Part shown: piece by piece, positions 50,231-59,891 of the stretch
Layout: every line of letters starts with the position of its first letter
Numbering within the stretch: the first letter of the stretch is position 1
Assembly (NCBI GenBank): GCA_041695225.1
Contig: JBGFRI010000045.1
Coordinates: 16,656-80,655 of the forward strand
Reading direction: 5' to 3'
Origin: Deinococcota bacterium
GTDB lineage: Bacteria; Deinococcota; Deinococci; Deinococcales; Thermaceae
Length of the DNA: 64,000 nucleotides
Notes under the pieces: generated by a model
The model's database searches: none
What the model saw: only the letters and a program-made list of their open reading frames with translations
Told to the model about the DNA's origin: nothing
Made by a program: the position numbers and the translations under genes

Positions 50231-50496
50231 TGCTGCGCGCCGCCGCTCAGCGCGGCCACGATCATCACTTCCTGCCCGTCGGGCACTACCTCGTCAATGC
50301 TCTTGGCCATCTGCTGCCCCACAAAGATGTGAATGTGCTGGCGGATCTTGTCCTGCTCGTCAATCATGCGGAAGCGGATGCCGGGGTAGCTTTCCTCCAG
50401 ATGACCCAGCACTTCTCGTAGGGTGCTGCCCTTGGCCTCCACAAAACGCGCCTGGTGGGTGTACGAGCGCAGCGGTGGCGCAATCCAGACCTTCAT
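50227..50496 (-). CDS. MoaD/ThiS ubiquitin-like protein with GG-AQH C-terminus
   Basis: LRSYT, YPGIRFR, IFVG, VAALSGG. Confidence 0.88.
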   Translation of the reverse strand: MKVWIAPPLRSYTHQARFVEAKGSTLREVLGHLEESYPGIRFRMIDEQDKIRQHIHIFVGQQMAKSIDEVVPDGQEVMIVAALSGGAQH

Positions 50497-51630
50497 CTAA
50501 ACCGCCTCGACACAAAGAATATAGGGAAGGTGCTGGGCGATCTGCCGCCAGGAGTCGCCTTCATCGGCGCTGGCCCAGACCTCGCCGCTGCTCAGCCCCA
50601 GATACAGCCCCACGGGGTCGTGCTGGTCACAGACAAAGCCCTGGCGCAGGGTAGTAAAGTAGCCGTGCTCCTTGGGAAAGCCTCTGGCCTGGCGCTTCCA
50701 GGTTTTGCCGCCGTTGCTGCTCTTGAAGGCTGCGGGCCTGCCGCCAGGGCTGGTGCGCGGCCAGACCGAGGTGCCGTCCATGGGAAAAACCCAGACTGTA
50801 TCGGGGTCTTTGGGGTGAACCACTATAGGAAACCCGATGTCCCCCACCTCCCTGGGCAGGTTGTCGCCAATGCGCGTCCATTGACTGCTGGGGCGGTCCA
50901 GACGATACACCCCGCAGTGGTTTTGTTGGTAGAGCCGGTCTGGGTCGAGCGGATGTATGGCCAGGTGATGAGGGTCCTGGCCGTACTCGTGCCAGGGGCC
51001 GTCGGTGGGCGGGGGCAGGTAGTCCGCCACTACCCCCTGGTTGAGGGGCTTCCAGGTCTTGCCACGGTTGTTGGTTTCAAACACACCACCCGAAGAAACC
51101 CCTACATACATATGTCTGGCATCGCGGGGGTCAATGCGGATGCTATGGATGATGGGGCCGCCCCCCGGAGGCTCTCCAATAAACCCCTCTTTTTGGGCTA
51201 GTTTCTCCAGATATCGGCGAAAGGGTACGACCTCTTCCCAGTTCTGCCCGTCGTCCTCGGAATAAAAAAGCCCCTGGGGAACGATACCTGCCCACCACAC
51301 CCCAGGCTCGGATTGGTGCCCTGGGGTGAGCCAGAACACCTGCTGCACAGCTTTGCCCTGCCCAGTCTTTGTTTTTGCAAAGGCCGGGGGCCGGCCGGCT
51401 TCCTTCCAGGTTTTGCCAGCATCGCTCGAGCGAAACACCGTAGGCCCCAGGTGGCCGGTCCGGGCAGCCATCAGCATGGTCTGGCTGCCGCGCGGATTGA
51501 GCACCACGTGGTTGACAATCTCGCCAATGAAGTGGCTGGCATCCAGTTTCCACTTCTCCCGCCTGCGATCACTATAGAAAAAGAAAGCGCCCTTCTTACT
51601 ACCTACCAATAAACGAGTTGTGTTTTTCAT
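50497..51630 (-). CDS. BNR/Asp-box beta-propeller protein (sialidase/YCF48-like)
   Basis: Repeated SxDxGxTW boxes, LLVGSKKG, LYQQNHCGVYR, GFPIVVHP. Confidence 0.88.
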   Translation of the reverse strand: MKNTTRLLVGSKKGAFFFYSDRRREKWKLDASHFIGEIVNHVVLNPRGSQTMLMAARTGHLGPTVFRSSDAGKTWKEAGRPPAFAKTKTGQGKAVQQVFWLTPGHQSEPGVWWAGIVPQGLFYSEDDGQNWEEVVPFRRYLEKLAQKEGFIGEPPGGGPIIHSIRIDPRDARHMYVGVSSGGVFETNNRGKTWKPLNQGVVADYLPPPTDGPWHEYGQDPHHLAIHPLDPDRLYQQNHCGVYRLDRPSSQWTRIGDNLPREVGDIGFPIVVHPKDPDTVWVFPMDGTSVWPRTSPGGRPAAFKSSNGGKTWKRQARGFPKEHGYFTTLRQGFVCDQHDPVGLYLGLSSGEVWASADEGDSWRQIAQHLPYILCVEAV

Positions 51631-51811
51631 ATTAAACCTTCACAGTAATGCTATCACCATATTCAGAAGACATGCAGTAGCCAGCACGACTCCCCGTCTG
51701 TAGTCTGCAGCGTGATGAAAGCTCTATACCCCCGCTGGCCTTTGCAGCAAGTGACGGACTGCTGGTAAAGAACTGGCTTAGAACCTGGCCGGTAGCCTAG
51801 AATAAGCCAGA

Positions 51812-52162
51812 ATGCTTGATCTTTTAGTAGGGCTTGGATTGTTTTTGCTGGGGGTGACAGTGGTGCACCGCCTTGGCTGGGCCTGGGGCGTGGTGGGGGT
51901 CTGGCTCAACCTGCTGTGGTTTATCTACCAGAATGAGCTGGGGCAGGGCTGGGCCTTCTACCTGCAAGGGGTCGGGCTAGCTTTTGTGCTGGCGGCAGGT
52001 TTTCGGCAGTACGGGATGGCCTGGGCTGTTTTGCCGTGGCCACTCCTGATTGCCGGGCGTTTCGAGGTGCAGATGCTCGAGCCCTTCTTGCCAGCCTGGG
52101 GCGAGGGCCTGATCTTGGGGGCAGTGGTTTATTTGCTGGTAGGGCTTTTCAAAAGGCCCTGA
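51812..52162 (+). CDS. Hypothetical membrane protein
   Basis: 116-aa hydrophobic ORF with TAGAAT upstream. Confidence 0.75.
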   Translation: MLDLLVGLGLFLLGVTVVHRLGWAWGVVGVWLNLLWFIYQNELGQGWAFYLQGVGLAFVLAAGFRQYGMAWAVLPWPLLIAGRFEVQMLEPFLPAWGEGLILGAVVYLLVGLFKRP

Positions 52163-52896
52163 TACAGCTCGGGGCGGCGCTCAGACAGCACGGGGAATTC
52201 CTGTCTAAGGCGCGCAGGGATGGCGGGGTCGAGCTCCACCAGCCCGGCGCCCTCGGCCTCTAGGCGGAGTATCTCCATGCCAAATGGGTCAACTGCCAGA
52301 CTTGGAGTTCCGAAGGGGTCTTCGGCGTGGTTGACCGCAATCAGATAAGCCTGGTTTTCGGCCGCTCGAGCCTTGCAGAATAGCTCCCAGGCATAGCTGC
52401 GACTCATGGGCCAGGCCGAAGGAACCAGAAACAGGCTGGCCCCTTCCAGGACATAGGCGCGGAAGAGCTCCGGGAAGCGGAGGTCGAAACAGATGGCCAC
52501 ACCCACCTTGAAGCCGCCCAGCTCCAGCGTGACCAGGTCTTGCCCCGGAATCATGGTCTGGTGCTCGCCAAAGGCCGGAATCAGGTGGGTTTTGGTGTAG
52601 CTGGCCTGCGGGCCCGCTGGCCCGATGACCTTGGCCCGGTTGGCGTGGCGCTCACCGGCCTGCTCCAGTACCCCAGCCACCAGGGTCATGCCGCTGTGTG
52701 AGCAGAAACTCTGAAGTTGTGAAAGCACCTCTGGGGTCTTTGCTGCATCGGCGTAGCGGTATCCGCTAGGGAATAGCTCGGGCAAGACCGCAACCGTTGC
52801 ACCTTGCTGATGGGCCTGGTCCAGGAGGTGCAGGGCCTTCTCCAGCGTCGCCTGTGGGGTTTCACGGGTTGCCAGGTGTATGAGCGCCATTTTCAT
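52129..52896 (-). CDS. Nitrilase-family carbon-nitrogen hydrolase (omega-amidase-like)
   Basis: LPELF, YTKTHL and ICFDLRFPE give the E-K-C triad; ARAAENQ. Confidence 0.92.
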   Translation of the reverse strand: MKMALIHLATRETPQATLEKALHLLDQAHQQGATVAVLPELFPSGYRYADAAKTPEVLSQLQSFCSHSGMTLVAGVLEQAGERHANRAKVIGPAGPQASYTKTHLIPAFGEHQTMIPGQDLVTLELGGFKVGVAICFDLRFPELFRAYVLEGASLFLVPSAWPMSRSYAWELFCKARAAENQAYLIAVNHAEDPFGTPSLAVDPFGMEILRLEAEGAGLVELDPAIPARLRQEFPVLSERRPELYQGLLKSPTSK

Positions 52897-53240
52897 GTTT
52901 TCTCCTGCAGGCGATAGGCCAGATAGGGCAGGCCCAACCCCAGAACGCTGCCCAGCATTGCCGCCCCCAACTGCCCTCCCGCTCCTAACAGCAGCCCGAC
53001 CAGTTGTAGCAGTATTAAAGCCGCCAGCACGTAGACGTACAGGGGGATGATATAGGGCTTGCCGTCACTATACTGCACCAGCCCAGCCCCCACCAGGGCC
53101 GCTACCGACAGGGTAGCGCCGAAGGCGCTGGGTTGAACGAAGAAGAACCAGACAAAGCCCGCAATACCGGCATAGATGAGGGTACGGGCCAGGCGGTCCG
53201 GCGCCAGCGAAGCGCGTAAAAAGCCGCCAAGTTTACGCAA
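52893..53240 (-). CDS. Hypothetical membrane protein
   Basis: Hydrophobic; stop overlaps the nitrilase start. Confidence 0.7.
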   Translation of the reverse strand: MRKLGGFLRASLAPDRLARTLIYAGIAGFVWFFFVQPSAFGATLSVAALVGAGLVQYSDGKPYIIPLYVYVLAALILLQLVGLLLGAGGQLGAAMLGSVLGLGLPYLAYRLQEKT

Positions 53241-53259
53241 ACCCTGCCTCCGGCAGTTC

Positions 53260-53571
53260 TCAGGATTTGATGTAGCGCCGAACGATCAAGCTGGCCAGAA
53301 TCAGGCCCAGCCCACCCCAGGCGACCTGGGGCTCGCTGCCTGCGAAACCCAGCAACGCAGCAAAGACGCCTGCACTCAAGAAGCCCATGGCATACCGGGG
53401 ATTGACCGTCAGGCCCAGCAACAGGGCCACAGAAAAGCCCGAAACCGCCGGAGGCAACCCAGCCCCAACAACCACCATTACAGTCAATACGGCCAGGGTG
53501 ATCATCAGGCCTATGAAGTATGCCCCTGGAAAGGGTTCTTTGTTGGTTTTTGCTTTAGCTTTCTCTGCCAT
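53260..53571 (-). CDS. Hypothetical membrane protein
   Basis: Hydrophobic 103-aa ORF in the same run of genes. Confidence 0.7.
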   Translation of the reverse strand: MAEKAKAKTNKEPFPGAYFIGLMITLAVLTVMVVVGAGLPPAVSGFSVALLLGLTVNPRYAMGFLSAGVFAALLGFAGSEPQVAWGGLGLILASLIVRRYIKS

Positions 53572-53624
53572 GCCTAAATTCCTTAGCTCTAGCTTACCGT
53601 GTTTTGATGGGTTTGGCGCAGTTT

Positions 53625-54962
53625 CTATAGCAACTGTGCTTTGAGGGCTTCCAGGGTGGGTTTTATGGTCTGGACATTGGTCGGGCGGCTACTGAGAATT
53701 TCCAGCGTCGCCTCGCGGGGTGGTTCCTGGCCCAAGGCTTTACTAACGGCCTCGGGGAACTTGGCCGGATGGGCGCAGGCCAGGGTGATGATGGGTGAGG
53801 TGTCGGCGGTTTCCTGGCGGTAGCGGTGCAGGGCTTCTAACCCTACGGCGGTATGCGGACAGGCGATGTAGCCGTAGTCGTCGAAGGTTTTTTTCATGCG
53901 CTTTAGCGTGGCAGGATCCGAGACGCAGGTTCCCCAGAGCCATGAACGCATTTTTTCCGGGCCCAAAAGGGTGTAGAGCCGCTCAAAGTTGCTGGGCGAG
54001 CCCACATCCATCGCGTTGGAAAGAGTGGCGATGCTTGGGTGAAACTGATAGGCATGGGCCTGGCCCCGCAAAAAGTCGGGGAAGAAATGGTTGTCGTTGT
54101 GGGCTGCAATGAACCTGTGGACGGGCTGCCCCATTAGCCCAGCCAGAACCCCGGCCATCAGGTTACCCAGGTTTCCGCTGGGAACGCAAAAGTTGACCTC
54201 CTGGGGCGTGGTTCCTTCCAATCCCCCAGCCCCTTCCAGCCCAAGGGAAGGGTGGGCGTGTAACAACCGAATAGCCCAGAGGTAGTAAAGCGACTGTGGC
54301 AACAGCCGCCCGATGTTAATGGAGTTGGCGCTGCTCAAAGGCAGATGCGAGAGATCGGGGTCTAGAAAGGCTTCTTTGACCATGCGCTGGCAGTCGTCAA
54401 AGGCACCCTCTACTGCGAAACTGCGAACGCCCTTGCGCCGAGTGATGAGCTGGCGTTCTTGCACCTCGCTGACCCTTCCTTTGGGATAGAGCAGCACCAC
54501 CTCGATGTTGTCCTGCCCCGCGAAGCCATCGGCCACTGCGCTGCCGGTGTCGCCGGAGGTGGCTACCAGGATGAGGCGTCGTTCTCCGCGTTTGTGCAGG
54601 AAATACTGCATCAGGCGGGCCATGGTGCGGGCGCCAAAGTCTTTGAAGGAGAGGGTGGGGCCGTGGAAGAGCTCGAGTACAAACAGATCGTCCGAGAGTC
54701 TGACCAGTGGACACGGGAAGTCCAGGGCATGGTGAAGAATTTTTTCCAGGTCGGCTTTAGGAATATCGCCCGAAAGCCACTCTCCCAGCACCCTGGTGCC
54801 TACCTGGGCAATGGAGCCCGCACCCAGCCAGCTTACTGGCTCAATGCTGGGAATATGATCGGGAAGATACAGGCCCCCATCGGGAGCCAGCCCTTTGAGC
54901 AGGGCCTCTTCGAAACCGATCAGAGTTTTCTGCAGGTCGCGGGTGCTGTAGTAGCGGGTCAT
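53625..54962 (-). CDS. thrC: Threonine synthase
   Basis: GLAPDGGLY, ELFHGPTLSFKDFG, ATSGDTG, SANSINIGR, VPSGNLGN, AHPAKF. Confidence 0.96.
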   Translation of the reverse strand: MTRYYSTRDLQKTLIGFEEALLKGLAPDGGLYLPDHIPSIEPVSWLGAGSIAQVGTRVLGEWLSGDIPKADLEKILHHALDFPCPLVRLSDDLFVLELFHGPTLSFKDFGARTMARLMQYFLHKRGERRLILVATSGDTGSAVADGFAGQDNIEVVLLYPKGRVSEVQERQLITRRKGVRSFAVEGAFDDCQRMVKEAFLDPDLSHLPLSSANSINIGRLLPQSLYYLWAIRLLHAHPSLGLEGAGGLEGTTPQEVNFCVPSGNLGNLMAGVLAGLMGQPVHRFIAAHNDNHFFPDFLRGQAHAYQFHPSIATLSNAMDVGSPSNFERLYTLLGPEKMRSWLWGTCVSDPATLKRMKKTFDDYGYIACPHTAVGLEALHRYRQETADTSPIITLACAHPAKFPEAVSKALGQEPPREATLEILSSRPTNVQTIKPTLEALKAQLL

Positions 54963-55224
54963 AGAGCGGCACTCATCATAACGGGTGGGTAGGGTTGACT
55001 CACGCGACCGCTCTCGATCCGACTAGACGGATGTCACCCTGAGCGAAGCGAAGGGTCTGATACGCTGTAATGCACTGAATTTGGTTGACCCAACTAAGTG
55101 CATTAGACTCGTTGGTTTGACGGCCTCAGAATCACAAATGTGGCAATTGTGCTGGTGCAAGTGGGACAAATTTCCACCTTTATGATACGAACTTGCGGGC
55201 CGATGCCAAAGGTTGAAGACTACA

Positions 55225-55300
55225 GGCCTTCGACACTCGACCCTAGACCCTAGGCCTGACCTGCGACCTGCGACCTGAGACTAACTTCAGACCTGCAACC
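55225..55300. repeat. Heptamer array (CTGCGAC/CTAGACC type)
   Basis: cttcgac actcgac cctagac ... ctgcgac ctgcgac ctgagac, just after the hom stop. Confidence 0.8.
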
Positions 55301-55309
55301 TGCAACCAG

Positions 55310-56326
55310 CTAAACCTCCTCGAGCCTCTCCACTTCCTGCGCAGGTACTGGAGCAGCCGCCGGAACCGGCAAGTGCCCAGGTGCGCCCAGCAAAACACGG
55401 TAAAGATCGCCCAGCACCGCGCTGGCGGTCACCCCTCCGCCAGCCCCTGCGCCCGCGAATACCAGTTGTCCTACTGGCTCGCCCCTGTAGACCATGGCAT
55501 TGCGCCCGCTGCCCATGGTGACCAGCGGATGCGACTGGGGCAGGCGCACCGGGCGTACCGCGGCAGCCCACTGGCCATTTTCGGGGAAGAGGCTGGCCAC
55601 CAGCTTAATGGCCTGTCCTTCGGCGCGGGCCTGTTGCAGCATTTCGGGGGTGAGGTGCTGGATACCCCGGGTGCGCTGCAAGACCATTTCCCAGGAGAGC
55701 CCAGGGTCTACCGTAAGCCTACCCAGCACACAAATCTTGTGGGCCGAATCTATGCCACCCACGTCCAGGTTGGGGTCGGCTTCCAGATAGCCCAGATCCC
55801 CCGCTTCCTGGAAGGCTTCAGCGTAGCTTGCACCCTCTTCCAGGCGCCGGATAATGTAGCTACAGGTTCCATTGACGATGCCGTGCATCTGGAGGGTCTG
55901 GTTGCCCCACAGGCTTTGCAGCGCCCCCATGATAGGCGTCCCGGCCATCACGCTGGCCTCGTAATACAGCTCGCCCTCCTCGGCATACTCGCAGAGCTCG
56001 CTCCAGCGCTCTGCCAGCAGGGCTTTGTTTGCCGTGACCACCGGAACGCCCTTTTCCAGCGCCTGCAAGACCACATCCCCGGCTGCGGTGGTACCGCCTG
56101 CCACCTCCACCAGTACATCTACATCGTCCAGAAAACCCTGTGGATTGCTGGTAAGCAGCCGGGTGGGAATCCCCGGTCGGCTCTTATTGATATTGCGCAC
56201 CAGCACCTTGGCCAGTTCGACCCTGAGCCCCAGGGCCCCAAAGCGCTTTTGATGCAACGGCAAAAGCTCGGCAAAAGCACTGCCGACGGTTCCGCCCCCC
56301 ATCAGGGCAACGCGAATCGTTTCCAC
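55310..56326 (-). CDS. hom: Homoserine dehydrogenase
   Basis: GGGTVG, VVTANK, YEASVMAGTP, GIVNGT, EADP..DVGGIDSAHK, GAGAGG. Confidence 0.95.
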   Translation of the reverse strand: METIRVALMGGGTVGSAFAELLPLHQKRFGALGLRVELAKVLVRNINKSRPGIPTRLLTSNPQGFLDDVDVLVEVAGGTTAAGDVVLQALEKGVPVVTANKALLAERWSELCEYAEEGELYYEASVMAGTPIMGALQSLWGNQTLQMHGIVNGTCSYIIRRLEEGASYAEAFQEAGDLGYLEADPNLDVGGIDSAHKICVLGRLTVDPGLSWEMVLQRTRGIQHLTPEMLQQARAEGQAIKLVASLFPENGQWAAAVRPVRLPQSHPLVTMGSGRNAMVYRGEPVGQLVFAGAGAGGGVTASAVLGDLYRVLLGAPGHLPVPAAAPVPAQEVERLEEV

Positions 56327-56428
56327 AGACGTAAGCCTACCGTGTGGCCAGGCTGAATGCCAGCCAGCGGTCGGCGGTTAGGCTGACCATAGACCATAGA
56401 CAATAGACTTTAGACTTTGTCGCAAGGC

Positions 56429-58231
56429 TCAAACGGGCGGCCCCTTGGAGGCCGTGGGCAAATTGAGGGCCTGCAAAACCGCTAGAGCGCTGCGCCTGTC
56501 GAGGCCCGGCAGCCTGGCCAGATCATCTATGCTCATGGCCCGGAGTTCTTCCAGGGTCGAAAAGTGGTTCAGCAGGGCCATCCTGCGGGCCGGACCAATG
56601 CCCGGAATGTCGTCGAAGATGCTTTTGAGGGCTTTTTCGCTGCGCAGCTTGCGGTGGAACATCACCCCGTTGCGGTGGGTCTCGTCTCGCTGATAGATCA
56701 GGAGTTGCAGTGCCGGGTGGGTCAGGGGTAGTGCCAGGGTTGTGCCGCTCGGCAAGACCAGGGTTTCTTCGCGTTTGGAAAGCCCAACCAGGGGAATATC
56801 CAGGCCAGCTTTCTCCAGGCCCTTTTGTGCGGCCCGCACCTGGCCCAGACCCCCGTCAATCAAAAGCAGATCGGGCACGGGCATGGTTTGTGAAAGGCTT
56901 CCGCCAAAACGCCGCGCGATGGTCTGCTCCATTGAGAAAAAGTCGTCGGGCTGGCCCTGCAGACCCCTGATTTTGATGCGGCGGTACTCGGACTTTTTGG
57001 GGCGCCCCCCTTCGAATACCGTGATGGAGCCCACCACGCTCTCGCCCAAAAGGTTCGAGATATCGTAGCCTTCGATGCGGTAGGGCCGGCGCGCAAGCCC
57101 CAAAACTTCCATGAGCCCCTTGAGCCCGGGATGATTGCCCTTGCGCTCCAGCACCTTTAGCTCGGTCTTCAGGGCAGCCTGGGCATTGGTCATGGCCAGC
57201 TCGACCAGCCGGGTTTTATCTCCTCGCTGTGGAACGCGTATCTCCACTTTGCGTCCTTTGGAACTCAGGAAGGTCGAGAAGGCTTCCTGGGCCTCGAGCT
57301 CAAAGGGAAGCAAGACCAGGGGGGGCAGTGGAGAGGCTTCCAGATAGTAGTCGCGCATGAAGGCCTCCAGCAGTTCCGTATCGCTGGCCTCCTTAACCCC
57401 CTCCACGAAGCGGCTGATGCGCCCCAACATCTGCCCCCTGCGCATCTGGTAGTGCTGGAGCAGGGCATAGTCGCCAGCCCGGGCAAAACCCAGAAAATCC
57501 AGGTCGCCCAGTAAGGGGTCGTAGGCCTGCTGGGCGGTGCCGAAGAAGCCGCGAACGGCGCTAACCTGGTCGCGGATTTCCGCCGCCCGCTCGAAATCCT
57601 GGTTTTTGGCGGCCTCTGCCATCTGGGTCTCCAGGCTCTGGTATAGCTCGTCCACCCTGCCATCCAGCAGGTTTTCTACCTGCTGCACTGCCAGCGCATA
57701 CTGCTCCGGGCTGGCCTTTCCTACGCACGGAGCCAGGCAGCGCCCCATGGAAAAGTTCAGGCAGGGATGACGCCGCTTTTTGAAAGGGAACCCCGAATTC
57801 TGCCGCAACGGAAAGACCCGGTCTACCAGGCGTTTTATTCGCCGAACCACCCCTGCGTCGGGAAAGGGCCCCCAGTAACGCGCTCCGTCGTCTTGCAGGC
57901 GCCGCACTACCATCAGCATGGGCCACTCCTCGTTGGTCAGCTTAAGAAAGGGGTAGTGCTTGTCATCCTTCATCAGGACGTTGTACCGCGGGCGGTGGAG
58001 TTTGATCAGGTTGGCTTCCAGCAGCAGCGCCTCTACCTCGTCGCGTACCACAATGAAATCAAGATGGGTGGCTTCCTGGGAGACCCGCCAGCTTTTGCCT
58101 TCGCCGTGAAAATAGCTGGTTGCACGGGCCTTGAGACTTTTGGCCTTGCCCACGTAAATTGTGACCTCGCCGCTCTTCCACAGGTAGACCCCGGGAGTCT
58201 CGGGCAGCGGGGGCAGATCATCCAGGCGCAT
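56429..58231 (-). CDS. uvrC: Excinuclease ABC subunit C
   Basis: PGVY..YVGKA GIY-YIG domain, EALLLE, DFERAA, IEGYDIS, IDGG, HhH motifs. Confidence 0.97.
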   Translation of the reverse strand: MRLDDLPPLPETPGVYLWKSGEVTIYVGKAKSLKARATSYFHGEGKSWRVSQEATHLDFIVVRDEVEALLLEANLIKLHRPRYNVLMKDDKHYPFLKLTNEEWPMLMVVRRLQDDGARYWGPFPDAGVVRRIKRLVDRVFPLRQNSGFPFKKRRHPCLNFSMGRCLAPCVGKASPEQYALAVQQVENLLDGRVDELYQSLETQMAEAAKNQDFERAAEIRDQVSAVRGFFGTAQQAYDPLLGDLDFLGFARAGDYALLQHYQMRRGQMLGRISRFVEGVKEASDTELLEAFMRDYYLEASPLPPLVLLPFELEAQEAFSTFLSSKGRKVEIRVPQRGDKTRLVELAMTNAQAALKTELKVLERKGNHPGLKGLMEVLGLARRPYRIEGYDISNLLGESVVGSITVFEGGRPKKSEYRRIKIRGLQGQPDDFFSMEQTIARRFGGSLSQTMPVPDLLLIDGGLGQVRAAQKGLEKAGLDIPLVGLSKREETLVLPSGTTLALPLTHPALQLLIYQRDETHRNGVMFHRKLRSEKALKSIFDDIPGIGPARRMALLNHFSTLEELRAMSIDDLARLPGLDRRSALAVLQALNLPTASKGPPV

Positions 58232-58341
58232 GCAGTCTTTATCCTAGTACAACCGCAATTGCCTTGTGTGACCTGTTCCAACCTCGAGGGTCCATCGCCA
58301 AAGGTCTCGATGCGTTGGTGCTACACACTGGTTTGTTGGAT

Positions 58342-58471
58342 GGTCTCAGGTCACATGTCTCAGGTCGTAGGTCGAAAGTCGAAGGTCGAAAGTCGTTAGA
58401 CCTTTGACCTTGGACCTTAGAAATTTGACATTCTTCAAAAAAGTCGCAGGTCGGCTGAAGACTTAAGGTCG
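58342..58471. repeat. Heptamer arrays, forward then reverse
   Basis: ggtctca ggtcaca tgtctca ggtcgta ggtcgaa ... ttagac ctttgac cttggac. Confidence 0.82.
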
Positions 58472-58553
58472 AACGGCGGAGGCAGGGGCCAGGGTCTGGT
58501 TTGTTGCCTTCCCGGCTTAGACTTTCTGGCCCTTACTGGATAGACTAGATTCC

Positions 58554-58958
58554 ATGAGTGCCGGACAAGATCATCACCATGATGAAATGCTCTATAAGTC
58601 CTGGGTGCAGATTCTGGAGTGGATGAGGGAATACGCGGCCGAAAATGGCGTGCAGTTTACCAAGGAGTCCGATTTTCCCGACTTTATCTATCGCATGGAA
58701 CGCCCCTACGAACTGCCCACCACCATCATGACCGCCTCGTTGTCGGATGGGCAGGGGGAGCCGTTTCTCTTTGCTTCGGTATCCCCCCGGCACGCCAAAC
58801 TCAAACATATCGCATTTCGAGTTCCAGGAGGGCATATCCACTATCACGCCCACTGGGAAGATGGCAAAGGGCTGGCCCTGGAGGGCAAATTCCCTGTCAC
58901 CAGGGAAAGGTTATGCCAGATGGCCGACCGGGCCAGGGTGGCTATTGCCAGGGCTTAG
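58554..58958 (+). CDS. nqo15: NADH-quinone oxidoreductase subunit 15
   Basis: WMREYA...DFPDFIYRMERPY.LPTTIMTASLSDG.GEPF..SPRHAKLK matches Thermus Nqo15. Confidence 0.95.
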   Translation: MSAGQDHHHDEMLYKSWVQILEWMREYAAENGVQFTKESDFPDFIYRMERPYELPTTIMTASLSDGQGEPFLFASVSPRHAKLKHIAFRVPGGHIHYHAHWEDGKGLALEGKFPVTRERLCQMADRARVAIARA

Positions 58959-59315
58959 AGGATGACTTAAGCCCTGCTACAGACTCCTTGTCGAAAAACC
59001 AGCCTATTGCAGCCTTGGTTTGAACATCTTAACCCATACCCGTAGACTCTTGCGCCCCAGCGCTCTCGTACCCCTTACTCAAGCCTCTGGCCCGGTAGCC
59101 GAACTGGGTCTGACAGCCCCAGGTCAGCCGTGCAGGGTTAACGTGGCTGGGCACTTAGCTGTCCACCAATTTTTCTGTCATCACGCTGGCCCATCCCAAG
59201 TAGGCGCCCCCATACCTTGCCAGAGCCAAGTCTGGGTGAGGTGCTTCATACTCAGTTAGCTCGAGGAGGCCCTGCCCGGTTTGACGTAAGGTTCTTTACC
59301 CCTTAGCTTGGTTGC

Positions 59316-59828
59316 ATGCCCGAACGGCAGTATGTGTACAAGGGTCGCATTATCAATTTGGCGCTGGAAGGCAAGTACGAGATCGTAGAACATGCCCATG
59401 CGGTGGCGATTCTGGTCGAGCGGGATGGGAAGCTACTTTTTGTGCGGCAGTACCGCCCTGCTATCGGTGCCTCAACGCTCGAAATTCCGGCGGGGCTGAT
59501 TGACGAGGGAGAGACCCCCGAAGAAGCGGCCAAGCGGGAGCTGGCCGAGGAAGCCGGGCTCACCGGGGAGCTCGAGTACCTGGTGGGCTTTTACCTTTCG
59601 CCGGGTTTTTGCAATGAGAAACTGCACGTCTTCCGCGCCAAAAACCTACAGGCTGCCTACGCTGAGCCAGATGCCGACGAAGACCTGATCATCGAGTGGC
59701 ACGACCCAGGGCAGGTTTTGCAGGATGCCAGGGACGGCCGGGTGGAAATTTCTGCCTCGGCGATGGCGGGGATTTTGTTTTATCTTGGTGAGCGTGCGCT
59801 GGAGGGCAGGGCCGCAGGTCGCGTATAA
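59316..59828 (+). CDS. Nudix hydrolase (ADP-ribose pyrophosphatase-like)
   Basis: VRQYR, EIPAGLIDEGETPEEAAKRELAEEAG, SPGF. Confidence 0.93.
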   Translation: MPERQYVYKGRIINLALEGKYEIVEHAHAVAILVERDGKLLFVRQYRPAIGASTLEIPAGLIDEGETPEEAAKRELAEEAGLTGELEYLVGFYLSPGFCNEKLHVFRAKNLQAAYAEPDADEDLIIEWHDPGQVLQDARDGRVEISASAMAGILFYLGERALEGRAAGRV

Positions 59829-59891
59829 AACCCCTGGCCCTGCCAACTGCTAAGCTTTGCCCTGAGAAGATTGGTCTCTTTATCCCGAACT

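Noticed and set aside
55068..55105. TAATGCACT...AGTGCATTA hairpin as a threonine attenuator
   Set aside because: No Thr/Ile-rich leader peptide or U-tract; more likely a REP-type palindrome.
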